64,000 nucleotides of DNA from Pyrinomonadaceae bacterium (GTDB taxonomy: Bacteria; Acidobacteriota; Blastocatellia; Pyrinomonadales; Pyrinomonadaceae): contig DASVRT010000020.1 in NCBI GenBank assembly GCA_036388475.1, forward strand, positions 18,412 to 82,411, given 5' to 3'. Both the position numbers and the translations under genes were made by a program. Position 1 is the first letter of the stretch, and each line of letters opens with the position of its first letter. The notes below the pieces were generated by a model that had not been told where the DNA came from, ran no database searches, and saw nothing but the letters and a program-made list of their open reading frames with translations. Below, piece by piece: positions 1 through 9,623 of this stretch.

Positions 1-1266
1 AAAAGGCTCGCGCCACTGCCAATGCGCCATCATCGGCAGAAAGGCTTCGAGCAGTTTGTCGAGCGGCGCTTGAAAGCGATAAGCCGGAATGTCTTTCGAG
101 GAAATCTGCCCGCGCGCCAGCGCCGTGAAAATTTCGCTCAACTCCGAAGCGTTTCGCTTCCGGCAGTCCTTATCGAGATAATAAATGCCCTGCGGGTCGA
201 TGTTGCCGTTGGCTTCCCTGACCAGCGAGCACCAATCGGTCGAGTCGATAAACGGATACCAGCAGAAACCTTCAAAAGAAAGTCCGAGCGGCTTCAGGCG
301 GGTCTCGATTTCCTCGCATTGCTCGACCATAAATTTAAGCCACGAAATCCGGTCGGAAATATAGCCGCGAATATTCGTTTCCGTCAGCATCAGCGGCAGT
401 TTGTAGCGCTCGGCGTACTCCACCGCGGTCGAAACCAAGCCTTCCGGCGTTTGATTCGGATAAATTCTGCCCTGCCTGCACCATTCAAGCTCGCAGTGTG
501 AATAATAATCGAGTCCGAGAACATCAATCCGCGCGGGCTTTGCGCGCAGCCGCGCGAGTCGTTTTTCGCTCGCGCCGTGTCGCCGCAGGTAATTATAAAG
601 CGTGTGCCGTTCGTCGACTCTGCCTAAAACAAGGTCGGGCACCAGAAATCTGATTTCGTTGTGAAACGCGGCGTGCGGCTCGGATACTTCGTCAACGGCG
701 CGATGCTTTTCCGCCGCGTCGACGTGAATCAAACTAACGTCCGGCATCTTTTCGACCAGCATCCGGCTGACCGAATTGATGGCTTCGACGACGTTTAAAA
801 TCATCGGCACAAAATTTTTCGCGCCGCGCTGAAACGGATACCAGGTGCCTTCCTGACCGCAAAACCAGGTCGTGACAAACGGCTCATTGATAACCGTGTA
901 ATGGCGAACCCAGGGGTAACGCTCGGCTAAAGCCGTGCAGAATTTAAGATAGGCGCGGGAAAAATTCGGATTGGCGAAACCGCCTTCGAGCCATTCCGGA
1001 AAGCTCGTGTGATGAAGCGGGTCGAGTATCGGCGCGATGCCCAAATCGCGCATACAATTGAGCGCTCTGTCCAGCCAGCGCCAGTCGTAAACGCCCGGCA
1101 CGCGCTCGATGCTGTGCCACGGCGCGGAATATCGCAGCAAATCCAGACCGCACGAATGCGCCAATTTCAAATCTTCTTCGACAAACTCCGTGTGTCTCGT
1201 CAATTCCAGCACATCCGTTCCGCTGCCGAAAATATGCGTGCTTTCAAAACCACTCAAAAATCTCAA
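1..1266 (-). CDS. GH1-like (clan GH-A) beta-glycosidase; its C-terminal end runs off the left edge of the window
   Basis: The minus-strand frame is open from position 1 up to a TTG at 1266-1264, with an in-frame TAG just upstream. Translation reads (M)RFLSGFESTHIFGSGTDVLELTRH...APWHSIERVPGVYDWRWLD...VINEPFVTTW...LTETN.... It is collinear with the 7501..8799 paralog and has NEP and TE(N) motifs typical of clan GH-A. It is missing from the ORF track because no stop codon falls inside the window. Confidence 0.6.
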   Translation of the reverse strand, partial: MRFLSGFESTHIFGSGTDVLELTRHTEFVEEDLKLAHSCGLDLLRYSAPWHSIERVPGVYDWRWLDRALNCMRDLGIAPILDPLHHTSFPEWLEGGFANPNFSRAYLKFCTALAERYPWVRHYTVINEPFVTTWFCGQEGTWYPFQRGAKNFVPMILNVVEAINSVSRMLVEKMPDVSLIHVDAAEKHRAVDEVSEPHAAFHNEIRFLVPDLVLGRVDERHTLYNYLRRHGASEKRLARLRAKPARIDVLGLDYYSHCELEWCRQGRIYPNQTPEGLVSTAVEYAERYKLPLMLTETNIRGYISDRISWLKFMVEQCEEIETRLKPLGLSFEGFCWYPFIDSTDWCSLVREANGNIDPQGIYYLDKDCRKRNASELSEIFTALARGQISSKDIPAYRFQAPLDKLLEAFLPMMAHWQWREPF

Positions 1267-1607
1267 AATCGTTTCCCCCTTGAATTCTCCGGTAAAGTCG
1301 TTTATGTCCTTCTAATTTCTATTTCTCCGATGGCTTAAAATATTTATTGAATAATTCAAGCACATTCAAAGAGCGGTTTCTGTCGGCTAGTAGACAAAGC
1401 GAGGCGTAATTTCCATTTTCCGCTTCGAGGACGACGGCATCATTCAACCGTTCGATAATTATTATCCGGCGAATGCCCGCCGCTCGCCTGTCACTGACGA
1501 AAGACAAATCTCTGACGCCGACTTTTCCCGCAAACTATTGATTTTACCACACTTCCATTTTCACACGAAAAACGCTGCCGGAAATTCTTCCGGCTTCGCA
1601 ATTCCGG

Positions 1608-1642
1608 TGATACCAAAAAGATATTTATTACGCTTTACTTTT
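1608..1642 (+). promoter_or_regulatory. Candidate promoter, instance f of the recurring motif: TGATAC-N17-CGCTTTAC
   Basis: TGATAC at 1608-1613, a 17-nt spacer, then CGCTTTACTTTT at 1631-1642. This is the same two-box motif found upstream of 41940, 43908, 51814, 54343 and 54967. Confidence 0.4.
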
Positions 1643-1683
1643 GTATGCAAACTCCTACTCTAAATTTTTTTGGAAAAATATCG

Positions 1684-2604
1684 ATGAATAAAACCGTACT
1701 TTTAATTTTTATCAGCTTTATATGGGCTTTTTCGGCTTGCAGCACGGCAAATTTCGCCGCCGGCAAAAACAGTCGGACAGTTGTTAATAATACCGAAAAA
1801 GCCTCGGCGGAAAGTTTGGAATCGAACGAAGAAAAATCCGTTGAAGAAACGCCGAATCAATCGAATAACGTCACCGGCGTTTATCAATCGAAAGACTCGA
1901 ATCACTTTAACGAATTCAAAATCGAAGACCGCGCGGGCGATTTGAAAGTCGAATTTATGGGGCTTTACGAGTTCAAAAACGAAGGCGGAATGGCGATGGC
2001 AAACACCGACCAGACGGACGTTTTGCCCGCGACGCTGAAAGGCGACACGGCGATTGTCAAAATTCCGGATTATCCGAAATGCCGCTATACGCTCGTGTTT
2101 GCGGGCGAAAAATTAACCGTCCGGCGCGACGGAACGATTATGGACTGCAATCTCGGCGGGCAAATCGCGCCCGAAGGCGTTTATCGCAAAGTCAGCGGTA
2201 AAACGCCCGTTTTCGGCGAATGGTTTGAAGAGAAAAAAGACGAGCCGAAAGACGCGAAAATCGAAAACCAGATCGGAAACGAGCAGGAGTCAGCCGCGAA
2301 ACGCATACGCTTTCAGCCCGGCTCAAGCGAAGCCGTGGTTTCCGGCAAAATCACGAACGGCGCGGCGGTGATTTATCGGCTCAACGCGCGAAAAGGTCAG
2401 ACGCTGGAATTCCGCGTGCTCGAAGGCGGCAAATATAACGACGTGGTCGCCGAAGTTTTCGCGCCGGACGGCACGAATCTGACGGGCGAAGATTACGGCA
2501 CATTCTGGCGCGGCGAGCTGCCGCAAAACGGCGATTACAAAATTTCGGTCGGCACGATTGAAACCGAGAATACGAATTTTAAAATCCAGATTGCGATTAA
2601 ATAA
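1684..2604 (+). CDS. Secreted lipoprotein with a C-terminal PPC-like (pre-peptidase C-terminal-like) beta-sandwich domain
   Basis: The ORF track starts at 1645, but that ATG sits on the -10-like box. The internal ATG at 1684 yields MNKTVLLIFISFIWAFSAC with a lipobox (FSAC). The C-terminal ~100 aa are homologous to the 43908 protein (AVIYRLNARKGQTLEF...GDYKISVGT). Confidence 0.6.
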   Translation: MNKTVLLIFISFIWAFSACSTANFAAGKNSRTVVNNTEKASAESLESNEEKSVEETPNQSNNVTGVYQSKDSNHFNEFKIEDRAGDLKVEFMGLYEFKNEGGMAMANTDQTDVLPATLKGDTAIVKIPDYPKCRYTLVFAGEKLTVRRDGTIMDCNLGGQIAPEGVYRKVSGKTPVFGEWFEEKKDEPKDAKIENQIGNEQESAAKRIRFQPGSSEAVVSGKITNGAAVIYRLNARKGQTLEFRVLEGGKYNDVVAEVFAPDGTNLTGEDYGTFWRGELPQNGDYKISVGTIETENTNFKIQIAIK

Positions 2605-2828
2605 CTTGAAATATGAATAAAAAATGATTGTGAAAACTCAGAGAAAAACAATTTGTTTAAGTTTATGGCTGCGCGCGACCATTGTTTTCAATACGGCGAT
2701 TCCGCTTCGGGCGCGGCAGCAGGAGGAAATTCAAATTCCCGAAAACAAAATTGCGGCGACGGCTCATCTGAAACCAGCCGAACAATTTAACGAATTGCAG
2801 CAAAACGCGCGGCGCGGAATTTCCCGCA

Positions 2829-3188
2829 TTGCTCCAATCCGTTTTCGGCGCTGACGCCGACGCGGCGGCAAAGGCGATTGACGAAGATTCGGCGGAATTA
2901 TTTAAAGCTGTCGGCGAAACTGTCAACGAAAAAAGCAATGAGACGCTGCCGGAAGAAACCGAACAGCGAAAAGAACAACTGAAAGCCGGTTTAATCAAGG
3001 CAGCAAATCAAAGCAAAGTAAAATCGAACGTTAAATCGCCGGTAAAGATGAGCTTTTCGAATGAAGCCGTCGAGATTGAAGGCGCGATTGACCCGAAAAA
3101 TCCCAATCCGACGGCAGGCAGCAAAACCTATATGGACGAGCCGGGCAATGAGATGACAATTCGCCGGTCGCTGCGCAGTTGTCATTAA
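2829..3188 (+). CDS. Hypothetical hydrophilic protein; may be frameshifted relative to the overlapping ORF 2624..2854
   Basis: Six-frame ORF beginning at a TTG. It overlaps the 3' end of ORF 2624..2854, which carries a signal-like N-terminus, in a different frame. There is no recognisable domain. Confidence 0.25.
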   Translation: MLQSVFGADADAAAKAIDEDSAELFKAVGETVNEKSNETLPEETEQRKEQLKAGLIKAANQSKVKSNVKSPVKMSFSNEAVEIEGAIDPKNPNPTAGSKTYMDEPGNEMTIRRSLRSCH

Positions 3189-3210
3189 ATCAACGGCAAA
3201 ACGCATTACT

Positions 3211-3262
3211 AAAGGCAAAGCGCTAAATTGAATTGCTTTCTTCAATTTAGCGCTTTGCCTTT
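3211..3262. terminator. Bidirectional intrinsic terminator between convergent genes
   Basis: Perfect 22-bp inverted repeat AAAGGCAAAGCGCTAAATTGAA / TTCAATTTAGCGCTTTGCCTTT around an 8-nt loop, followed by a T-rich tract. It lies between the stop at 3188 (+) and the ackA stop at 3281 (-). Confidence 0.7.
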
Positions 3263-3280
3263 TCGGGTTTTGCATTTTCG

Positions 3281-4537
3281 TCAGCCTTGTGACGGATTCG
3301 TGCCGGAAGAATGAATAAGGCGCACGGCGTCACGGGCAATCAATAATTCTTCGTTGGTCGGGACGACGTAAACGCTCAGGCGCGAGTCATCGCGACTGAT
3401 TACGCCTTCGCGTCCCGCCGTATGCAGCTCGTTTCGCTTGGCGTCGAGCTCGACGCCGAGCCACGTTAATTGTTCGCAAATCAGCGCGCGGACGGGAGCG
3501 GAATTTTCGCCGATTCCGCCCGTAAAAATAATGGCGTCCGCGCCGTTCATTGCCGCCAGGTAAGCGCCGATGTATTTGCGGGCGCGGTAGCAGAAAATCT
3601 CGATAGCGAGACGCGCGCGGCGGTCGCCTGATTCGTCCGCTTCGGCAAGCAGCTCGCGCATATCGTTGGTTAAGCCGGAAATGCCGAGCAGCCCCGACTG
3701 CTTATTTAAAAGCATCTCGACTTCGTGAATCGTCAAGCCTTCCTTGTCGCTGATAAATTCCAGAATCGCCGCGTCCAAATCGCCCGCGCGCGTGCCCATC
3801 ACCAAGCCTTCGAGCGGCGTCAAGCCCATCGAAGTATCCATCGAATTCCCGTTTTTGATGGCGGCGATGGAACAGCCGTTTCCGAGATGCAGCGTAATGA
3901 TATTGACCCGGTCGCGCGCCAGTTTTCGCAGGCGGCGATAGCGATACGCGACATATCGATGCGAAGTGCCGTGAAAACCGTAGCGGCGAAGGCGATGGCG
4001 GCGATAAAGCTGGTAAGGCAAGGCGTAAAGATAAGATTGTTCGGGCAAAGTTTGGTGAAACGCCGTATCGAAAACCGCCGCCTGCGGCACGTTTCTGCCG
4101 AATATTTCGCGCGCCGCCAGAATGCCTTTGATATTTGCCGGATTATGCAGCGGCGCCAGCTCGATGCAGTCTTCGATGCCGCGGAGGATTTCGTCCGAGA
4201 TAAGCACCGACTGCCGGAATTTTTCGCCGCCGTGCACGACCCGGTGCCCGACGGCATCTATATCAACCAGCCCGCCGACGCCCTCGACGCCCGCATCTTC
4301 CGACGTAATCCAGCGCAAAACCGCTTCCAGCGCCGCGCGAATGTCTCTGACCGGAGCGGCAGAACGCTGCGGCTCGCGCCCTTCTGCCGCGAAAGTAATA
4401 ATCGCCGCGCCGCCGATGCGCTCGATTTGACCGTGCGCCAGCCGGCGGTCGGCATCCGCAGCGATTCGTTCGAGGTCGGTCGCAATCAACTGAAACTTCA
4501 GCGACGAGCTGCCGCAATTTAACACCAGAACATTCAT
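3281..4537 (-). CDS. ackA: Acetate kinase
   Basis: 418 aa. N-terminus [17 protein letters not shown] matches the acetate/propionate kinase signature, and the length fits. Confidence 0.9.
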   Translation of the reverse strand: MNVLVLNCGSSSLKFQLIATDLERIAADADRRLAHGQIERIGGAAIITFAAEGREPQRSAAPVRDIRAALEAVLRWITSEDAGVEGVGGLVDIDAVGHRVVHGGEKFRQSVLISDEILRGIEDCIELAPLHNPANIKGILAAREIFGRNVPQAAVFDTAFHQTLPEQSYLYALPYQLYRRHRLRRYGFHGTSHRYVAYRYRRLRKLARDRVNIITLHLGNGCSIAAIKNGNSMDTSMGLTPLEGLVMGTRAGDLDAAILEFISDKEGLTIHEVEMLLNKQSGLLGISGLTNDMRELLAEADESGDRRARLAIEIFCYRARKYIGAYLAAMNGADAIIFTGGIGENSAPVRALICEQLTWLGVELDAKRNELHTAGREGVISRDDSRLSVYVVPTNEELLIARDAVRLIHSSGTNPSQG

Positions 4538-4794
4538 CCGAAATTATCTCCGACTGTTGAATGAGTTTATATGGAATCTTTAATGCTTGTAAAATTTCCG
4601 GGCGGCACGTGAAAAGAAATGTAAGGGCAGTATCCGTGCAAGCTTGCTGACCGATTTTCTATTGCTTCGCCAAAATTTTATTCAAAAAATTTTCGATTGG
4701 TGATAAACTGCTATGTAAGCAAACAGACAGAAAAATTTTATTTTTTTCGTTAATCTTTTTCTATCTATTGTTAAAAACAAGCGAGGGCGGGAAA

Positions 4795-5115
4795 ATGACG
4801 AACAAAAACGGGCAACAGCCGATGATTTTATTAATCAGCAAAGAAGAGCGGGAAGAATGTTTTTTCAAGCAATGGCTGGAAAAAAACACGTCTTCCATCT
4901 GCGAGGCGGGCGATATTTTTCAGGTAATCGAAGAAATTAACGATTTTACCGTGCGGGAATGTCCGGAGGTGTTTCTGCTGGAGGTCGAGACGGCTTCGCA
5001 GGATTCGGTCGAAGAAATGTTTTACATTTCGTCCGGCGCGCAGGATATTCAGGTTCTCGCTTATTCGAAAACAATCGGCGGAAATCAAAACTCGTCGTTA
5101 TCGCTCGCCGCTTAA
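4795..5115 (+). CDS. Stand-alone receiver-like (pseudo-REC) protein; the phospho-acceptor position appears to be Glu
   Basis: The track ORF starts at a TTG at 4768. The ATG at 4795 has a GAGGG Shine-Dalgarno-like sequence 9 nt upstream. The pattern ILLISKEE...PEVFLLEVE...VLAYSK resembles a CheY-like fold in which the DD pair and the phospho-Asp are replaced. The upstream region is AT-rich. Confidence 0.35.
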   Translation: MTNKNGQQPMILLISKEEREECFFKQWLEKNTSSICEAGDIFQVIEEINDFTVRECPEVFLLEVETASQDSVEEMFYISSGAQDIQVLAYSKTIGGNQNSSLSLAA

Positions 5116-5139
5116 AATTTATTTGAACGATTTTTTTGA

Positions 5140-7119
5140 ATGACCGAAAATAGCGCCGTTCTTTTTTTCGAAACCTATCTAAATCCGGTCTATCCACATT
5201 CGTTTCCCGACCCTTTCGTCTTAAAATTTCGCGGCGAGTATTTTGCCTATTGCACCGATTTCTGGCGCGACGGCAAAGTCTTCGGCGTTTTGCGCTCGCG
5301 CGACCTCGTCGACTGGCAGGAAATCGGCGGCGCGATGCAGCCTCTCGAAACGGGCGCGCCATTTTACTGGGCACCCGAAGTCACTTATCACAACGGCAAA
5401 TTTTATCTTTATTACAGCGTCGGCAACGAGACTTTGATGGAGCTTCGCGTGGCGGTTTCCGACCGACCGGACGGCGGGTTTGTCGATAGCGGGCACCGGC
5501 TGTCGAACGAAGATTTCGCCATCGACGCGCACGTTTTCGAGGATACGAACGGCGCGCGTTATCTTTTTTACGCGACCGATTTTCTGGAACACACGCATAT
5601 CGGCACGGGCACGGTCATCGACCGGATGATTGATTTTTTCACGCTCGAAGGAAAGCCCAGACCCGTGACGCGCGCCAGATACGATTGGCAGGTTTACGAC
5701 CCGCAGCGCCGCGAAAAAGGCGGCGTCCGCTGGCACACGGTCGAAGGCGCGTTCGTTTTTAAACGAAAAGGCATTTATTACGAGATGTTTAGCGGCGGCA
5801 ACTGGCAAAACGTGACTTACGGCGTGAGCTTTGCCGTCACCGGCGACATCGAAAAAGATGAAGAATGGACGCAGTTTTCGGACGGCGAAAAAGTCTTTCC
5901 GATTTTGCGCACCGTACCGGATTTGATTATCGGTCCCGGACATAATTGCGCCATTCGCGGCGCGAATAATCGTGAGCTTTACTGCGTTTATCATCGCTGG
6001 ACGAACGACGGCAGAGTGCTGGCGATTGACCGTATGGATTTCGCGGGCGGCGCGCGAATTTTTATCGACGGCGCGACGCACACACCGCAGCCCGCGCCTT
6101 TCAAGCCGCAGGTTCCGGATTTTTTCGATGAATTTCCGGCTGAAAACTGGAAAATCGTTTCCGGCAAATGGCGCGCGGAAGACAATCAAATAATTTCCGA
6201 ATTTTCGGGAAAAAGCGAGCTTGTTTGTAAAGCCGAAGCGAAAAGCTTTTTATGCGAAATCTGGCTGAAAACGTTTGAAAATGCCGGCGGCGCTTTCGGC
6301 ATTTGTTTAAAGAACGGCGAAACAGACGTTTTTAGATTTCTGCTCGCGCCGGACGAAAAACAGGCTCTCGCCGTCCGGTTTGAAAACGGCGGCGAACAAA
6401 TCGAAAATTTCGCGCTTTCCGAAGATTTTGATTTTCAAGCCTTTCATCTTCTGCGCGTCGAAATCGATTGTCTCTGGCTGAAAGTCTCGCTCGACGAAAA
6501 CACGGTTCGCTGCGAGAAAATTTTAGAAAATTTTGCGCCGCAGATTTCCCTTTTGACGGAAAGCACGACGGCGGCTTTTTCCGGTTTTGCGCTGACCGCC
6601 GGCTTTGAAGATTTGTTTGAAGACGCGAATCCGGAAAAAAGAGGCTGGCGTAAAATTTCGGCGAGCGGCGCGGCGCACGTCGAAGAAAAGAATTTGATAA
6701 TCACCGGGCGGGACGAAAGCGAAACGATTCTCTGCAAGGAAGCGCCGTCCGGTGATTTTGAGTTGACGGTAAATTTTCGTTTGCCGGAAACATTCGGCGA
6801 AAATTCCCGTCTCGGCTTTTATCCGGCGTTTGCGGAAACGGCGGCAACGCCTTTTTTCTCGATTGAAAAAACCGGCGAAAACTGGACTTTAAAAGCCGAA
6901 ACTATTAATGAAACAAAAGTATTTTCTTTGCCCGAAAATTTTTCGCCCGATGTTTTTCATCAATTTCGTTTTCTGAAAATCAAAAATAAAATCGCTTTAC
7001 AGTTTGAAGCGGAAACTCTCGGCACAGTCAACGCGCCGCCGGCGGATTCCGGCAAAATCGCTTTGTCCGTCCAAAATGCCTCAGCCGCTTTCGATATGGT
7101 GCGTTTCACTGTTTTGTAA
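5140..7119 (+). CDS. Glycoside hydrolase family 43 (beta-xylosidase/arabinanase-like) with a C-terminal beta-sandwich domain
   Basis: 659 aa. N-terminal FPDPFVLKFRGEYFAYCTD...DLVDWQ...APEVTYHNGKFYLYYS are GH43 five-bladed-propeller motifs. Confidence 0.85.
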   Translation: MTENSAVLFFETYLNPVYPHSFPDPFVLKFRGEYFAYCTDFWRDGKVFGVLRSRDLVDWQEIGGAMQPLETGAPFYWAPEVTYHNGKFYLYYSVGNETLMELRVAVSDRPDGGFVDSGHRLSNEDFAIDAHVFEDTNGARYLFYATDFLEHTHIGTGTVIDRMIDFFTLEGKPRPVTRARYDWQVYDPQRREKGGVRWHTVEGAFVFKRKGIYYEMFSGGNWQNVTYGVSFAVTGDIEKDEEWTQFSDGEKVFPILRTVPDLIIGPGHNCAIRGANNRELYCVYHRWTNDGRVLAIDRMDFAGGARIFIDGATHTPQPAPFKPQVPDFFDEFPAENWKIVSGKWRAEDNQIISEFSGKSELVCKAEAKSFLCEIWLKTFENAGGAFGICLKNGETDVFRFLLAPDEKQALAVRFENGGEQIENFALSEDFDFQAFHLLRVEIDCLWLKVSLDENTVRCEKILENFAPQISLLTESTTAAFSGFALTAGFEDLFEDANPEKRGWRKISASGAAHVEEKNLIITGRDESETILCKEAPSGDFELTVNFRLPETFGENSRLGFYPAFAETAATPFFSIEKTGENWTLKAETINETKVFSLPENFSPDVFHQFRFLKIKNKIALQFEAETLGTVNAPPADSGKIALSVQNASAAFDMVRFTVL

Positions 7120-7140
7120 AAACGTTATTTACAAAGAGAA

Positions 7141-7284
7141 AATGAAACCGCAGATTCGCGGAGCTTTAAAACAGGATTTACAGGACGAACAGGAAAATTA
7201 AAACCAAGAACCTCGAAGTTTCTTCTTTATCCCGTCCATCCTGTTAATTATCCGCGTTTATCTGCGCGAAGCTGCGGTTTCATT
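7141..7284. terminator. Nested inverted-repeat element after the GH43 gene; belongs to the 'AACAGGAT ... ATCCTGTT' hairpin family (family B)
   Basis: Outer inverted repeat AATGAAACCGCAG (7141-7164 vs 7261-7284). Inner arms AAACAGGATTTACAGG... (7168-7196) and ...CCGTCCATCCTGTTAA (7227-7247). Confidence 0.4.
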
Positions 7285-7500
7285 CTTTCTTAAAATCTGT
7301 CCGCCGCCGGTGATAAAAGTTTTTAACTAGCAACTTAGCGGAAAATATAATCGTCTCAGCCAAAGATTTTTGCGATTTTGTTTTTGAATCTCACCTGAGC
7401 GTTTGCCAATTATAAAATTCAAACGTAAGATTTCATAATCAAAGTCCAACCTTGTTTTTTTCTATTTTAAGCTAAACAATTTGAAAGAGGAATTTCTCCT

Positions 7501-8799
7501 TTGAAAACCACAGCAGATTTACTGAAACCTGAAGCCAAAGATTTTATCTGGGCGGGCGGCATCGAAGACACATTCGTTCCGCAGACGCGCAACGGGCATC
7601 GCGCGCTGGACGAATACGAATTGATGGGGCATTACGAGCATTGGCGCGAAGACCTCGCGCTGGCGCGCGAGCTTGGCTTGCACGCGCTACGCTGGGGCGT
7701 GCCGTGGTATAAGGTCGAGCCGGAAGAGGGCAAATTCGATTGGAGATGGACGGATGAGGTCATCCCGTATCTGGTCGAAGATTTGAAAATCACGCCCGTT
7801 CTGGATTTGATGCATTACGGCACTCCGTTCTGGCTGAAAAAAGAATTTGCCAACAAGGATTACCCGGAGTTTGTCGCCCGTTACGCCGCCGAGTTTGCCG
7901 CCAGATACAAAGGTTTGATCAAATGGTACACGCCTCTGAACGAGCCGATTATCAACGCTTTGATGTGCGGAATGCGCGGGCTTTGGGCGCCTTATCTGAA
8001 AAAGGAACAGGGCTACATCCGGATAATGATGCAGCTGGCGAAAGGCATTATCCGCACGGTCAATGTCTTGAAGGAAATCGACCCCGAGGCGGTGATGGTT
8101 CACGTCGAAGCGACCGGCATGACGCGCACCGTGCGCGAAGATTTGTCCGTGCTCGCCAATGAAGAAACGCATCGCGGCTATCTCTGCTACGATTTGATTT
8201 CGGGGCGCATCACGCACGACCACCTGCTTTTTTCGTGGCTGGTCAGAAACGGCGCTTCGCTTAACGATTTGGACGAGATTCAGACGAATAAAATTCCGCT
8301 CGACGTGGTCGGGATGAATTTTTACCCGCAATGGTCAACCAGACAGATTTATCTGGATAAACGCGGGCGCATCGCTTTTCGCGACATCGAGCCGGAAGGC
8401 AACGGGTTTGTCGATTTGATTCGGCATTTTCACGAGCGTTACCAAGTGCCGATAATGATTACCGAAACCAGCGCCGTCGGGACGGATGAAATCCGCGAGC
8501 GCTGGCTCGAATCTTCCGTGGCGATGATAAAAAACCTGCGCGCCGGCGGCGTTCCGGTCATCGGTTACACGTGGTTTCCGCTGTTTACGATGATTGACTG
8601 GCGCTATCGTTTTTCGCACGAGCCGCTGGAAAATTTTTATCTCGAACTCGGGCTTTATAAATTAAATCGCGAAGGAAAAGGCAAGCGCTGGCTGGAAACG
8701 CCGCTGGTTGAAAAGTATAAAGGCTACATTAAATCTCCGGCTGAAGCGGTCGGAAATTTGATCGTCAAACAGGAAGAAACCGCCGAAGTATTCAGGTAA
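7501..8799 (+). CDS. GH1-like (clan GH-A) beta-glycosidase; paralog of the gene at 1..1266
   Basis: 432 aa, TTG start. FIWAGGIEDTF...WREDLALARELGLHALRWGVPW...LNEPIINA...MITETSAVG. A sigma70-like box pair lies upstream (TTGCCA ... TAAGAT). Confidence 0.75.
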   Translation: MKTTADLLKPEAKDFIWAGGIEDTFVPQTRNGHRALDEYELMGHYEHWREDLALARELGLHALRWGVPWYKVEPEEGKFDWRWTDEVIPYLVEDLKITPVLDLMHYGTPFWLKKEFANKDYPEFVARYAAEFAARYKGLIKWYTPLNEPIINALMCGMRGLWAPYLKKEQGYIRIMMQLAKGIIRTVNVLKEIDPEAVMVHVEATGMTRTVREDLSVLANEETHRGYLCYDLISGRITHDHLLFSWLVRNGASLNDLDEIQTNKIPLDVVGMNFYPQWSTRQIYLDKRGRIAFRDIEPEGNGFVDLIRHFHERYQVPIMITETSAVGTDEIRERWLESSVAMIKNLRAGGVPVIGYTWFPLFTMIDWRYRFSHEPLENFYLELGLYKLNREGKGKRWLETPLVEKYKGYIKSPAEAVGNLIVKQEETAEVFR

Positions 8800-8845
8800 A
8801 AGTGAAAAGTGAAAATTAATTTGATTTTCACTTTTCACTTTTCGT
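8798..8845. terminator. Hairpin terminator built from tandem GTGAAAA heptamers (family A)
   Basis: AAAAGTGAAAAGTGAAAA - loop - TTTCACTTTTCACTTTT, placed between the convergent stops at 8799 and 8855. Confidence 0.6.
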
Positions 8846-8854
8846 TTTTCACTT

Positions 8855-9286
8855 TTATACGCGTGCGTCATCGGTTCTGACATCAGTGCGCGTTAAAAAG
8901 CCTCCAATCAAAAAAACCAGACCGAGCAGAACATGAACGATATGGTCCATCGTGCCCAATTCCAAAGCGCCGGGCAAAACGTGGAGCATATGGGTGTTGG
9001 TGCCGCCGTCGGTCAGATTCGCCGGCAAGCCCGTCGCCGTGCCGGAGTTGAACAAAAATCCCGCCACGCCGAGCAGCAAATAAACCGCACCAAACGCAAG
9101 ACAGAATAATCTGGCGGCGGAAAGCGAGCCTTTCAAGCCCAGATAAAGCGCGACCGCGCCTGAAATCAGATGAATCAGGTTATGCGTCATACTCAGATGC
9201 GTGCCCATAAAATTATCGGAAATAAAGCCGACTAGACCAACCAGGATAAAAACTATGCCCAATATGGTAGCTATTGTTTTTGCCAT
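8855..9286 (-). CDS. DUF4383-like small membrane protein
   Basis: 143 aa with four predicted TM segments; THNLIHLISGAVALYLG pattern. Confidence 0.65.
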   Translation of the reverse strand: MAKTIATILGIVFILVGLVGFISDNFMGTHLSMTHNLIHLISGAVALYLGLKGSLSAARLFCLAFGAVYLLLGVAGFLFNSGTATGLPANLTDGGTNTHMLHVLPGALELGTMDHIVHVLLGLVFLIGGFLTRTDVRTDDARV

Positions 9287-9505
9287 AAACTATCTCCTTA
9301 TGTTGTTTTAAACTGCCAGACCGAAAGCTAATATTCAAAGAACCAATTTATTCGGATTTGCTCGCCGCGTCTGTAATATTAATTACATATCCGATATTTA
9401 TCAGATAAACGTTTCGACTCGATTCGGGCGAAAATCCGAACCGGCGGCAAGCGACTTGTAATCGTTTCAGGGAATTATGCGCCCAAAACTTTAATTTGCC
9501 AAGCA

Positions 9506-9623
9506 AGAGAAGTGAGAAGTGAGAACTGAGAGCTGAGAAGTTTTAAACGACGCGCCCTAAACTCTAATCAGTAAATTGAAAATTCAACACTTCTCAATTC
9601 TCAGTTCTCACTTTTCACTTTCC
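9506..9623. terminator. Long hairpin (arms ~33 bp, loop ~49 nt) built from (G/C)TGAGAA heptamers (family A)
   Basis: AGAGAAGTGAGAAGTGAGAACTGAGAGCTGAGAAG at 9506-9540 pairs with CTTCTCAATTCTCAGTTCTCACTTTTCACTTTCC at 9590-9623. It overlaps the aminopeptidase stop at 9615. Confidence 0.5.

Noticed and set aside
22-501. Plus-strand ORF of 159 aa
   Set aside because: It is antisense to the GH1-like gene that fills 1-1266 on the minus strand. It has no domain, and ORFs like this are expected by chance at this GC content.
1645-1683. ATG at 1645 as the start of the lipoprotein gene
   Set aside because: It lies directly on the -10-like box of the promoter motif. The ATG at 1684 gives a clean lipoprotein signal peptide.
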